From the IMG/VR virus record IMGVR_UViG_3300032167_007466, positions 1 through 64,000 of that record: a stretch of 64,000 nucleotides of DNA. One strand, given 5' to 3'. Positions 9,968 through 18,845 of this stretch are shown piece by piece (position 1 is the stretch's first letter; each line of letters opens with the position of its first letter). Below the pieces are notes generated by a model. That model was given only the letters and a program-made list of their open reading frames with translations. It was not told the origin of the DNA and did not search any database. This DNA is from a virus. Lineage: Duplodnaviria; Caudoviricetes. A program made the translations under genes and the position numbers.

Positions 9968-10492
9968 TTATCTGGCTATATCGACTGCTATCCCCTCGTA
10001 ATTATAAGACATAAAAGCTTCTATCTTATCCTTACAGTCCTTGCAGTAGATTTTCTTATTGCCAAATGCCTCTCTTAACCCCTTGCTTAAATTATGAGAA
10101 ACTGTTTCGCAACTTCCCCATGTACCTTCAGGATTCATGTCATGTCCAGTTATATCTATTGTGTAATATGTACCGTTTCCACATGGTTTCTTGCATCTGT
10201 CACAAGTGATTTTTGATAACATTAACAGAGAACTAATTTTATCAGCATCGAATCCGTCTTTAATTCCTGAGAATAGAGCGTCAAAAGTAATCATGCTTAA
10301 ATCTTCTATATCAGCACCATTTGACATCATATAGTCTTTAACTTCGTCATACAACTTGCATAGGTCTATAAATGCCTTTTCGGTTGAATACTTCTTTTTG
10401 TCTCTCTGTTTAACGTATTCACAGTAATTAACTATTGGCTCAAGTTCAGATGATTTTAAATCAGAATATGCTCTTCCGTTGCAATATTTCAT
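9968..10492 (-). CDS. hypothetical protein with C-terminal zinc finger
   Basis: CDRC...CKDC; RBS GGAGG. Confidence 0.7.
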   Translation of the reverse strand: MKYCNGRAYSDLKSSELEPIVNYCEYVKQRDKKKYSTEKAFIDLCKLYDEVKDYMMSNGADIEDLSMITFDALFSGIKDGFDADKISSLLMLSKITCDRCKKPCGNGTYYTIDITGHDMNPEGTWGSCETVSHNLSKGLREAFGNKKIYCKDCKDKIEAFMSYNYEGIAVDIAR

Positions 10493-10641
10493 TTACTACC
10501 TCCTAATAAAAAGAATTATCCTTTTTATTTATTTCTGTTGAAGAAGGCTTTAACTCCAACCCTTAATTCGCGGGAGGAGGACTCCCCCAAGTCTTATACT
10601 TACCTTTGATATTGGTGATGGCTCTAAAATGTAAGTGCCAT

Positions 10642-10718
10642 TGGCTGACCCTGTTGGATTCGAACCAACGGAATGCAGGAGTCAAAGTCCTGTGCCTTAC
10701 CGACTTGGCTAAGGGTCA
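10642..10718 (-). tRNA. tRNA-Gln (anticodon TTG)
   Basis: TGACCCT/AGGGTCA acceptor, CAGGA-CTTTGAC-TCCTG anticodon arm, GTTGG-TTCGAAT-CCAAC T arm, encoded CCA. Confidence 0.95.
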
Positions 10719-10721
10719 ATA

Positions 10722-10850
10722 TGGAGACAGGTAGGTCTGCCAACCACACATCTGACATTTAATCACAGCAACAATGGAGACGGCGTTGTCACCGCCTTAA
10801 TCCATGTCCACTGCCTTGCGGTAGTGTCGCATTTTGTTATCATATCTACC
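10722..10850 (-). ncRNA. candidate structured RNA between the two tRNA-type genes
   Basis: Terminal stem GGTAG/CTACC, hairpin CACTACC-GCAA-GGCAGTG, hairpin ATGGA..GGCG-GTGACAA-CGCC..TCCAT; no credible ORF. Confidence 0.45.
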
Positions 10851-10852
10851 AG

Positions 10853-10946
10853 TGGTGAGATAGGTCAGAGTCGAACTGACAACCAAGGGCATTCAACAGC
10901 AATATCCCTTCACGCTGTAAAGCTCTGCCGATTGAGCTACTATCCC
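10853..10946 (-). tRNA. tRNA-like RNA (94 nt) with a non-canonical expanded anticodon region
   Basis: Acceptor GGGATAG/CTATCTC+ACCA, D arm GCTC-AATCGGCA-GAGC, T arm GTCAG-TTCGACT-CTGAC; 41 nt between D and T arms with no canonical anticodon stem-loop. Confidence 0.8.
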
Positions 10947-10949
10947 GTG

Positions 10950-11114
10950 TTTATGGGCATCTCACCCATTTGGCATATATGGTTGTTAGTCATCTGTGTC
11001 GGTATATGCTTACCGCCGTTTACCACCATCCAACGGAAGGTTGACGGCTGTGACCCCTTAACTACTCACGATTTAATCTACGCCACAATCACTCTGGAGC
11101 TTAGCGGAACCGTC
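10950..11114 (-). ncRNA. candidate structured RNA at the head of the tRNA cluster
   Basis: GC-rich; stems GACGGT/GCCGTC, CCGTT/AACGG, CGGT/ACCG, ATGGG/CCCAT; begins just after the GAGAATAAT motif. Confidence 0.4.
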
Positions 11115-11134
11115 TATTATATTATTCTCTCTTT

Positions 11135-11374
11135 TTATTCAACAGAGATTAAACTTTCAACAACTTCTATTGCTTTGGCTTGTCCGGTCTTTAATAATTC
11201 TTCGCCATCCCACCAACTACTTTCAAAAGAAGATTCTGCTTTCTTTTTACTTGTGTAAGTTTTAATGGCTGTATCTCCAATATCATTTATTGGTTTAAAT
11301 TTATAATTACGAGCCAGTCCACAAAAGATTTTGTCCTCTTTGATAATTACCCAACGTTTTCTTGCTATTGTCAA
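11135..11374 (-). CDS. hypothetical protein
   Basis: RBS AAGGAG, TTG start. Confidence 0.65.
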   Translation of the reverse strand: MTIARKRWVIIKEDKIFCGLARNYKFKPINDIGDTAIKTYTSKKKAESSFESSWWDGEELLKTGQAKAIEVVESLISVE

Positions 11375-11386
11375 TTTAAAATCTCC

Positions 11387-12154
11387 TTATATAAATTCAT
11401 CTTCCAAAACCACTACATTGCATTCGCCTGTATGAGCAGTGCAACGGTCAATACCAATAATGCCTTCGGCATAACAAGGTTCCCAAACAGCGTCTTCATC
11501 AAACTCACTTTTGCAATGACCAAGCATTTTGTGACCTGTGCTACAATGCCAATGACCGAACAATATTGTCTTGCCGGTTTGATTTAGTCCTTGTGCTGCT
11601 ATTTCAAATGGATTTCCCCACATTGCTTCATCCCATTCTTTTTCTGTTGCGTTTCGCCAGTCCGGGTTAAAGCGATACTCCCTGTCTCTTGTGTAATATT
11701 TTGGGTAATCATCTTCAACTATTAAAGGAATCCAACTGTGTACAAAGATGTATTTCTCGGTTTCAAAATAGTTTACTAATAACTCCCTATATCTCGCTAA
11801 TTTATCCCAAGTTCTACAACAACACTCAGCGAAACTTCTTCTATAGACTGCACCTCCAAGGTCTTTAATTGTCTTAACAGTGCCATTAGATGAATCGTGA
11901 GAATAAGGGAACTCTCTCATACAACACTCTTCAAGCAAAGTATCGTGATTACCTTTTACAAGTATCTTTCTTTCAAGAGACATAAGGTAGTGCAATACTT
12001 CTTCGCTTTCTCCTCCACGATCAAAGCAATCGCCACAAACAATTAACCAATGTTCTTTGTTGTTTGGGTCAAATCCAGCTTCATCGAGTGCTTTCTTGAA
12101 TGGTGTATAAAAACTATGTATATCTGAAGTCACAAATAACTTTGGCATTTCCAC
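11387..12154 (-). CDS. calcineurin-like metallophosphoesterase
   Basis: SDIH, GDCFDRG, GNHD, FVH, GHWH motifs. Confidence 0.92.
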   Translation of the reverse strand: MEMPKLFVTSDIHSFYTPFKKALDEAGFDPNNKEHWLIVCGDCFDRGGESEEVLHYLMSLERKILVKGNHDTLLEECCMREFPYSHDSSNGTVKTIKDLGGAVYRRSFAECCCRTWDKLARYRELLVNYFETEKYIFVHSWIPLIVEDDYPKYYTRDREYRFNPDWRNATEKEWDEAMWGNPFEIAAQGLNQTGKTILFGHWHCSTGHKMLGHCKSEFDEDAVWEPCYAEGIIGIDRCTAHTGECNVVVLEDEFI

Positions 12155-12172
12155 TCTCCTTCCCTTTAAAAC

Positions 12173-12523
12173 TCAAATTTCATCTGCTTCAAAATATTCT
12201 TCAACTTCAGAAAACCCACCGTATGTTAAATCGCCTCGGATTGGCTTTAATGTGTGTCTACAAAGAAAATATAAAATCTTTTTGCAATCATCAAGTGATT
12301 TTACTTTATTTAGATTTAATTCATAATGCTTGTAAACTTCTGTAGCGATTATTCCTTCATTATAGTTCTGACTATTTTTTGACCAGTTGATCGTCTGTTG
12401 AACCGAGTCATTTGGATAAAACTTAGGCTCAGGCGGCAATTCATATCCCATACTATTATTCTCCTTTTTATGTAACATAATGTCTAAATTGTAAGGCTTA
12501 GTAGCCTCGCTTCTTACTACCAT
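12173..12523 (-). CDS. hypothetical protein
   Basis: Co-oriented ORF; alternative start at 12451. Confidence 0.6.
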   Translation of the reverse strand: MVVRSEATKPYNLDIMLHKKENNSMGYELPPEPKFYPNDSVQQTINWSKNSQNYNEGIIATEVYKHYELNLNKVKSLDDCKKILYFLCRHTLKPIRGDLTYGGFSEVEEYFEADEI

Positions 12524-12764
12524 ATTTACTTAACCCACTTTTAAAATTACTTGATTTCAAATAGTTGTTACGTCTTATGCCATGCAACATTTGACGATTC
12601 TTCTCTTGTTTTTTAATTTCTTCCTGTTTCAATTTTTCGGCTTCTTCTAAATCTTTTTGCATATTAGCAAGACATTCATCGCAAACAAGAATCGCCATAT
12701 AGTTTTCCGTTGTAACGGGCTGTAAAAACTTATGGCAACACCAACACGCTCCGCCACTTCCCAT
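12498..12764 (-). CDS. zinc-binding hypothetical protein
   Basis: CWCC...CDEC; RBS AAGGAGG. Confidence 0.65.
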   Translation of the reverse strand: MGSGGACWCCHKFLQPVTTENYMAILVCDECLANMQKDLEEAEKLKQEEIKKQEKNRQMLHGIRRNNYLKSSNFKSGLSKYGSKKRGY

Positions 12765-12793
12765 TTAAAAACCTCCTTAAAAGAGAAATTCTA

Positions 12794-12985
12794 TCAGTTT
12801 CCTAATATAATCTCTTTAGCAAAACTCATAGCTTTAGAGCCGCACATCTTACCAAAGAATTCACCTGCCGACTCCACAAGTTCCTTTTCTTCCTTAATAC
12901 AATACGGCATTCTTGTATTTGGGTCGTTGAGTTTTGTCTGGTTTTTAATAACAATACCCTCTTGCTTATTGCCATATTTCGAAAA
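12794..12985 (-). pseudogene. probable RNA ligase remnant
   Basis: Start-less frame SKYGNKQEGIVIKNQTKLNDPNTRMPYCIKEEKELVESAGEFFGKMC..; EGIVIK matches ligase motif IV. Confidence 0.55.
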
Positions 12986-13030
12986 ACTACTTGATTTTTA
13001 TATAGTTAGCTCCATTTTATAATAAAATTT

Positions 13031-13390
13031 TTATTTACCGATAATTTCTATCGCTTTAGCATTGGATCGTGATTTACTTTTATTTCTCGCAACAACTATT
13101 TCATAAAGCTCTTTAATGTCGTCATGATGTTTTTCCATTAGACGTTTTACAACTACATATTGTTGCATGATGATAACCCTATGATTATCATTTTTTAATA
13201 AGTCTAATAATTTATCAATCTCTGTTTCGGTACTAATAATATCACCCAATAATACTTCTACGGATTTGATAATATTTTCTGGTATCTCTTTTACATTAAC
13301 TCTCGGCAAAGTATCTATATCTGTCACATGGAGCTTTGCTACACCATTTTCAAATAAATCGTACACATCTTTTGTGTTTAAATAGTTCAT
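13031..13390 (-). CDS. hypothetical protein
   Basis: RBS GAGGA, ATG. Confidence 0.65.
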   Translation of the reverse strand: MNYLNTKDVYDLFENGVAKLHVTDIDTLPRVNVKEIPENIIKSVEVLLGDIISTETEIDKLLDLLKNDNHRVIIMQQYVVVKRLMEKHHDDIKELYEIVVARNKSKSRSNAKAIEIIGK

Positions 13391-13478
13391 ATTAAATCCT
13401 CACTTTCACAATAAATAAACATTTTATCTTTTTATTCATTATCATTCCATCCATTTTACAATAAAATGTGTATTTTAT

Positions 13479-13730
13479 TCACTCTATATGTTCTCCACTA
13501 TAAACGCCCGACCATTTTAATTTGCCATTGGTGGTCGTTTCTTTGCCATATACTTCTTCATACCTAAATTGTTTTGTCAGTTCGTAGATTCTTTGTTCTT
13601 TTGATTTCTTCATCTCCAATTGCTTAATTTTATTGTTAAGTTCCTCAATCTGTGAATAACAGTTTGCAATTTCTTTATCAATATCTGAACGAGTATCTAT
13701 CCAAGACATATAATCACCAACTTTCACCAT
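13479..13730 (-). CDS. hypothetical coiled-coil protein
   Basis: Bounded by dyad sites 13730 and 13462. Confidence 0.65.
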   Translation of the reverse strand: MVKVGDYMSWIDTRSDIDKEIANCYSQIEELNNKIKQLEMKKSKEQRIYELTKQFRYEEVYGKETTTNGKLKWSGVYSGEHIE

Positions 13731-13746
13731 AAAATAAATGTTTTAA

Positions 13747-14016
13747 CTACTTAGCAACTTTGTTATCCCAGTTGTCTTCTTCTGTAGTTGAAAAATATAT
13801 AGTAATACCGATTGTGTCATCATCAACAGTAAATTTTTCATGCCTATCATAAAAATAACCATCTTTGGCATCAATTTTAATATTGTCAAAAATAACATCT
13901 GTTTTGTTGTATATTTCTACGGTATCATGTTTATTGTTTTGGGCACACCCCACCATGCATAAACACAAACAAATCAAACTTAAAAATACAATTACTTTCT
14001 TTTTCAAAGCAATCAC
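13747..14016 (-). CDS. putative lipoprotein
   Basis: KKK + hydrophobic core + MVGC lipobox; bounded by dyad sites. Confidence 0.7.
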   Translation of the reverse strand: MIALKKKVIVFLSLICLCLCMVGCAQNNKHDTVEIYNKTDVIFDNIKIDAKDGYFYDRHEKFTVDDDTIGITIYFSTTEEDNWDNKVAK

Positions 14017-14094
14017 ACCTACCTTTCTTCCATAAAATGAGTGTTTAATTTGCTTCCTAATATATTATTCTCTTTTATTTTTTAAAAGAGATAT

Positions 14095-14121
14095 TAAAAG
14101 AGCCAACTTTGTGTCAGCTCC
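14095..14121 (-). terminator. intrinsic terminator
   Basis: GAGCTGAC-ACAAA-GTTGGCTC-TTTT on the minus strand. Confidence 0.7.
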
Positions 14122-14135
14122 TTTGAATGAAAATT

Positions 14136-14435
14136 TCATCGTGATTTTATCTTGAACTCCAGATTCTCAATTACTGTAACAAGTTCATTTATAATGTTTG
14201 CAGAGTCATCTTCCATATATGTATCATATAAAAACTCTAAGGCATTGCCACATTCGAGCAATTTGTTAATTAGTTTATTTGAGAGTTTATCAGCATTTTC
14301 TTCAATTAAACACACTATCTCTGCTTTAATTGCGGTCTCATATGACCTATCAAATATTTCTGTTGACTGAAGCTCAAGAATTTCACCCTCATAATCATCA
14401 AATTCTTTATTGAGTTTTTCTATCAGTTTATCCAT
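14136..14435 (-). CDS. DUF3848-like protein
   Basis: EI.D.SYE..IK.EI...L..LY..Y pattern recalled for DUF3848. Confidence 0.55.
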   Translation of the reverse strand: MDKLIEKLNKEFDDYEGEILELQSTEIFDRSYETAIKAEIVCLIEENADKLSNKLINKLLECGNALEFLYDTYMEDDSANIINELVTVIENLEFKIKSR

Positions 14436-14914
14436 TTGATTTTTGTATCTCCTTTATAACCCTTTTCAAACTCATACCAAGCATAAGCCACTGCACTACC
14501 ACCGCCAGCTCTCATGCCTTCAAAGTCGGCATTCTTAGCACAGAGGATCCTCGAAGACGAAACATACACAGTTTTCAAACAACCGCTATCAAAAAGTTTT
14601 CTTCTTGTTTTACCCTCAAGGAACTGTAATTTAAGGAACATAAATACTCGTCTACCTTCAGGAACGAGTTCAAGACCCTTTTCTACAAACTCTTTTGCGA
14701 ATTTATAAGGTGGATTTGTGATAATGTCGCCATCAAACTGCTCAGTGCAAGCAAGGAAATCTACATTACCTTCACCGTAACCTCTATCTACAAGGTCTGT
14801 TGAATACACATCGTATCCATATTCTTTAAGTTTTTCTGAAAGATGTCCTTGCCCGGTAGCACACTCCCAAACTCTTGGAGAGAGTTTAACACCACCGTTC
14901 TGATTTATTCTTAT
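14423..14914 (-). CDS. N6-adenine DNA methyltransferase, probably 5'-truncated
   Basis: Frame extends upstream to VWECATGQGHLS (SAM-binding) and has IITNPPY; no ATG, only ATA at 14914. Confidence 0.75.
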   Translation of the reverse strand: MRINQNGGVKLSPRVWECATGQGHLSEKLKEYGYDVYSTDLVDRGYGEGNVDFLACTEQFDGDIITNPPYKFAKEFVEKGLELVPEGRRVFMFLKLQFLEGKTRRKLFDSGCLKTVYVSSSRILCAKNADFEGMRAGGGSAVAYAWYEFEKGYKGDTKIKWIN

Positions 14915-14916
14915 GT

Positions 14917-15264
14917 TTAATTATTCTCCATATCATTGAGATGTTTTATCAAACATTTACGACATTCTTCAGTCTTATAGTTTTCGCAATCTTCTCTACG
15001 ACAACCGCAAAACAACTGACCGTCACAAGCAGTATCTTTTATGTAAAGGTCGGCAAGTTTATTGAAGTCGGCGTATTCTCGGCTATCCACACAAGCCAAT
15101 TCAACGAGTTCCAAGTCATAATTGCTCCAATATGGTCTTCGTTGATTATGTTTTGTAATAGCTTCTCTACAAGCATATTCTCTCATCCAAAATTTGTGTC
15201 GAGGACTTGTGAGGTCGCTTACATACTTGCCGGTATTTTTATCTCTTGCAGCATAAACTTTCAT
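14917..15264 (-). CDS. hypothetical Cys-rich protein
   Basis: Translationally coupled ORF. Confidence 0.65.
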   Translation of the reverse strand: MKVYAARDKNTGKYVSDLTSPRHKFWMREYACREAITKHNQRRPYWSNYDLELVELACVDSREYADFNKLADLYIKDTACDGQLFCGCRREDCENYKTEECRKCLIKHLNDMENN

Positions 15265-15878
15265 TATTCATCATCCTCATCTTCGTTTAACATATCTATT
15301 GCATAATCATAACCTTCCCAGTCATCAACACCAGCACCTTCTAAAGCAGACAACATTTCGTCTCTCTTCAGAAGTTTTTCGTATTCTTCTTGAGATATGG
15401 TGAAATTACCACCAGCAACTTTTACGCCAGTGCCACTAATTGAATTGAGAACACTATCAAGTTTATCTTTTATGTCGCTGCGAACAGATGAGTATAAATC
15501 TTTATATAATTCTTCAATTGCCTCGTGTTTAATTTGTTTTGTAAGACTTTCAAGCCTGTCCGGATTTTTAAGCAATTGTTCTTCTATGTAATGTTCAAAC
15601 TGAGTTAGATACTTTTCTTTCGTCTCTTTGAGGACTTCTTCGTAAACCTTCTCTTTGATTTCATCCTTAACTTCTCTTTTTACATCAGCTATATCACTAT
15701 ACGAAAGACGTATTTCTTTATTTAGTCCTGATTTTAAATCTCTAATAACGGTGTCTGCCGTTGCCTGAAAATCATATTCGGCAAGTTCTCTAATTACGCC
15801 CGCTTGAATGCCCTTAAAAACATCCTCAAAATCAAATTCAAACTTTAATTTTTTGCCAGCCAATATATCACTCCTCAA
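15264..15878 (-). CDS. hypothetical phage protein
   Basis: C-terminal L.ALE.AGVD.WEGY motif common in phages. Confidence 0.75.
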   Translation of the reverse strand: MRSDILAGKKLKFEFDFEDVFKGIQAGVIRELAEYDFQATADTVIRDLKSGLNKEIRLSYSDIADVKREVKDEIKEKVYEEVLKETKEKYLTQFEHYIEEQLLKNPDRLESLTKQIKHEAIEELYKDLYSSVRSDIKDKLDSVLNSISGTGVKVAGGNFTISQEEYEKLLKRDEMLSALEGAGVDDWEGYDYAIDMLNEDEDDE

Positions 15879-16149
15879 TCAATTTTACTTTACTTGCGTA
15901 ATTCACTATGTCGGCATTAGTTTCGTTTTCCTCTAAATATGCCTCATAAGCCTCTTCACAATAACTTCCTTCACAAGAGTAAAATCCTGTTGGTGTTACA
16001 TATGATTTATTTTCTCCATAATCTGTACGAGAACAGTACGCACACAACGATTCTTCATCACATAATTCTTGAAATGTTTTGAGCAAAATAACACCTCCGT
16101 TTTTCTCTTGTTTTCTCTGTTTTTCTCGCTTTTTCAAACCTATTTTCAC
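15868..16149 (-). CDS. hypothetical Cys-containing protein
   Basis: CAYC..CEGSYCE; real start probably ~16083. Confidence 0.6.
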   Translation of the reverse strand: MKIGLKKREKQRKQEKNGGVILLKTFQELCDEESLCAYCSRTDYGENKSYVTPTGFYSCEGSYCEEAYEAYLEENETNADIVNYASKVKLIEE

Positions 16150-16174
16150 TTTAAAATCTCAGTTTTATTGGGTG

Positions 16175-16564
16175 TCAAAGCCCTACCTTGTCTTTGCATG
16201 ATTTACAAACATTTTTCTTTAAAACTTGATTTCCTAAACCACCACTCAAATCGCAAGATTCAGTTGTCATATTGACCTTTCCGTTTTCAAACTCGACTTT
16301 AGGAAAAATAATATTTCCACAGACCGAGCAAATATATGTAGAATTTTTATATACTTTAAGCACACTTTTCAACTGCTCCCTATCAAAAACATTTTCTGCT
16401 GGTTGGGATTTAATGTCCTTATATGCTATTTTTAACCCTTTGTTGATATATTTGTTTTGTTCTTCTGTGACAAAGAATGTATCATAGTCGATTTCTTCTT
16501 GAATTTCTTTGAGTAAATTTCCTCGGTTAATATATTCATTCATTTGTACATTCTCCTTATCCAT
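16175..16564 (-). CDS. hypothetical protein with zinc finger
   Basis: EYI.R..L N-terminus; CSVC...CKSC. Confidence 0.65.
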   Translation of the reverse strand: MDKENVQMNEYINRGNLLKEIQEEIDYDTFFVTEEQNKYINKGLKIAYKDIKSQPAENVFDREQLKSVLKVYKNSTYICSVCGNIIFPKVEFENGKVNMTTESCDLSGGLGNQVLKKNVCKSCKDKVGL

Positions 16565-16773
16565 TCACAATAAATCCTATAGTAAAGCTTTTGATACCAA
16601 TGTAGATTGTTCCAAATATCACCCATAGTATATTTTGCAAGTTCATATGGTGATTTTCTATAGCGAGTTATTATTTGTTTCATTTGTTCTTCTCCTCGTT
16701 TGCTACGTTTTGATTCTTTAGCTGGCAATATTTCTATTTTTGAACCATTTTCAAAATGAATTACTCTACTCAT
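16540..16773 (-). CDS. hypothetical protein
   Basis: FENGSKI motif; coupled ORF. Confidence 0.6.
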   Translation of the reverse strand: MSRVIHFENGSKIEILPAKESKRSKRGEEQMKQIITRYRKSPYELAKYTMGDIWNNLHWYQKLYYRIYCEWIRRMYK

Positions 16774-17080
16774 CTATACTATCCTCCAACCAAGGTTTTA
16801 ATGTTTGTGCAAAATTTTGAAAAGCTTCGGACGCTTGTTTTGTCGAAATACTCATCCTACGGATAGCATCACTACATTTCCTGAAAGCTACAACCGACAA
16901 GATACTTTGTAATCTCATCGGGTCAAAATATAAAACTTTATATGTAATGCCTTTTACCCGAATTTGCTCGTCAAGATACATCTGATAATCTTTCTTCAAA
17001 TGGTTCTCGGCTATAATTTTGCATCTATATTTATATTCTCTTTTAGAAAGTTGATTTTTCATTTTTACAACGCTCCACAT
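16766..17080 (-). CDS. hypothetical protein
   Basis: Coupled ORF. Confidence 0.6.
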   Translation of the reverse strand: MWSVVKMKNQLSKREYKYRCKIIAENHLKKDYQMYLDEQIRVKGITYKVLYFDPMRLQSILSVVAFRKCSDAIRRMSISTKQASEAFQNFAQTLKPWLEDSIDE

Positions 17081-17246
17081 CTTCTCTTGTTAACAACATT
17101 GTTCTACCATCTACTTTGCTACGCCAGTGTTCATATCCCTTTGCTACTGCCGATGGTTTGTCTGGATAATATGCAAATTCTATTTCTTCGCCTTCTTCAA
17201 AGTCCATAATTGTATAAATTCGATTAGGGTCTTTTACAAATTTCAT
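17043..17246 (-). CDS. hypothetical protein
   Basis: Coupled ORF (ATGA overlap). Confidence 0.6.
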   Translation of the reverse strand: MKFVKDPNRIYTIMDFEEGEEIEFAYYPDKPSAVAKGYEHWRSKVDGRTMLLTREDVERCKNEKSTF

Positions 17247-17710
17247 CGTCGCACCTCTCTCTGCAACTGATATGGCTTGAATATGTACTCAATACTTTCG
17301 ATTTCAATATTGCACTCGCCAGTTTCTTTGTTGAACTCTCCGTATTTTGCTTTCATAATTGTTTTGACTTTATCTTCTTTGTAGCCATATCTCTTAAGCC
17401 ACTTCTTACGAATTCTTGCTTTCTTATGCCAACGAGCCTGAATGAGAATTGGCGTTTCTCCTTCTATGGTAAAGCCCAAAGAAGTTGACGGCTTACATAA
17501 TTCATTGAATAAATTTTGGTTAATATCCGCCTCACCATCCCAAGAAAGTGTTGCCGGAATAGTAAATCCTTTTATTGTCTTTTCGGGCTCTTCATTTGGA
17601 CTCCATATCTCTTGTTCTAATTCCATAGGAAAAATTTCACCCAAATCAAATGCCTCTCCTGTATCTCGGTCTGTCATAGTTAAAAATCCTGAACCTAATT
17701 CAATTCCCAT
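17243..17710 (-). CDS. hypothetical protein
   Basis: Start MGIELG after GAGGAG; HKKARIRKKWLKRYG motif. Confidence 0.7.
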   Translation of the reverse strand: MGIELGSGFLTMTDRDTGEAFDLGEIFPMELEQEIWSPNEEPEKTIKGFTIPATLSWDGEADINQNLFNELCKPSTSLGFTIEGETPILIQARWHKKARIRKKWLKRYGYKEDKVKTIMKAKYGEFNKETGECNIEIESIEYIFKPYQLQREVRR

Positions 17711-17948
17711 TTCGTTTCTCCTCAAATCTTTCGTTCCATTGCTCCCAAGGCAGTAAACTACGTCTATCGTCTTGATTGACAAACCTGTCTTGAACAAATC
17801 TAGCAGATAAACCACAAACACAATCAAAATGTGCCTCGATGCTTCCGTCGTAGTTTTGAATTACACTATCTATCGTAACCCTTCTACCGCAAAACGGACA
17901 TGGTTTCAGTATGCGATTAAGTCCCATCCAATCCATTTTTACCTCCAA
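17700..17948 (-). CDS. Lar-family (restriction alleviation) zinc ribbon protein
   Basis: LKPCPFCG...C.CG...WN.R. Confidence 0.75.
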   Translation of the reverse strand: MEVKMDWMGLNRILKPCPFCGRRVTIDSVIQNYDGSIEAHFDCVCGLSARFVQDRFVNQDDRRSLLPWEQWNERFEEKRNGN

Positions 17949-17986
17949 ATCAAAATCCTGATAAAAGTCCTATTCTATCACCAAAA

Positions 17987-18029
17987 TCAAGTCCTGAAAG
18001 CCCCTATTTATGTTAGTTTCAGGACTTGA
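17987..18029. repeat. 13-bp perfect inverted repeat after the replication module
   Basis: TCAAGTCCTGAAA-N17-TTTCAGGACTTGA. Confidence 0.7.
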
Positions 18030-18043
18030 GATTTTTGATTTTA

Positions 18044-18835
18044 TTAATAACTACTTTTCCTACGCTTAGATTTCATTCGTTTAATACTTATTCTCTCTTT
18101 AACATAATTCTTGGGACTTGTAATTACATCGAGCATTTCTGCACTTTCATCTAAACCTATCTCCATACCTCTGGCGACAAACTTAGGAATTCTTGTGAGA
18201 ATGCTTGCAACATCTCTTGCTCTCAATTTGTTGAATACAAGTTTATTGCTGTTAAGAAAATCCCAATCAACCAAGTTGTGCAACCCTTCAGAATCGTAGT
18301 AGAACATATTGTGTTTGAAATCAAACTTACCGACTTCTGTTTCTGCATCACCATACCATTTTGTAACAAACTGATATTTGCCGTATGTAATCGCATTTTC
18401 AGAGGTGTAATTACAAGAGTTTTCTTTAAAATACTGTTGTACTTTTGTAAGAGCAGCTTTGTTTTTGCAGAAAATGTCGTAATCTTTTGGTTTTTTATCG
18501 TTCCAAATACTATAAATACAGCCACCAGCAATGTAAAAATCATTAAAATTAAATACGCTTTTTGGTAATTTAAGTTCAATATCTTTTACAATCTCATCTA
18601 ATGTGATCTTAACTTTTTCAATATTATCCTCAAGAGAAACTTTGGGTTTTTCTTCTTCACTACTTTCCGCATCTGATTCATCAGGCGGTGCAAATCCCAC
18701 ATCCTGACATTTTTGACATAAGCCGCTTATAAAATATTCTCGTATACTCAGCTTATCTCTATATTCTTTTGTTAAATCAATTTCTTTGCCACACATGGGA
18801 CATTTGCCATTAAAATCTAAAATATTAACTCCCAT
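18044..18835 (-). CDS. poly(A) polymerase/CCA-adding-type nucleotidyltransferase with N-terminal Zn module
   Basis: IAGGCI....PKDYDIF, FDF motifs; CPMC..CQKC N-terminus. Confidence 0.75.
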   Translation of the reverse strand: MGVNILDFNGKCPMCGKEIDLTKEYRDKLSIREYFISGLCQKCQDVGFAPPDESDAESSEEEKPKVSLEDNIEKVKITLDEIVKDIELKLPKSVFNFNDFYIAGGCIYSIWNDKKPKDYDIFCKNKAALTKVQQYFKENSCNYTSENAITYGKYQFVTKWYGDAETEVGKFDFKHNMFYYDSEGLHNLVDWDFLNSNKLVFNKLRARDVASILTRIPKFVARGMEIGLDESAEMLDVITSPKNYVKERISIKRMKSKRRKSSY

Positions 18836-18845
18836 AATTCACATC

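Noticed and set aside
10853-10946. Class II (long variable arm) tRNA or intron-containing tRNA
   Set aside because: No 5-bp stem with 7-nt loop follows the D arm, and 18 extra nt is far too short for a self-splicing intron
10824-11258. 144-aa plus-strand ORF
   Set aside because: Antisense to the tRNA-like gene and to a minus-strand CDS
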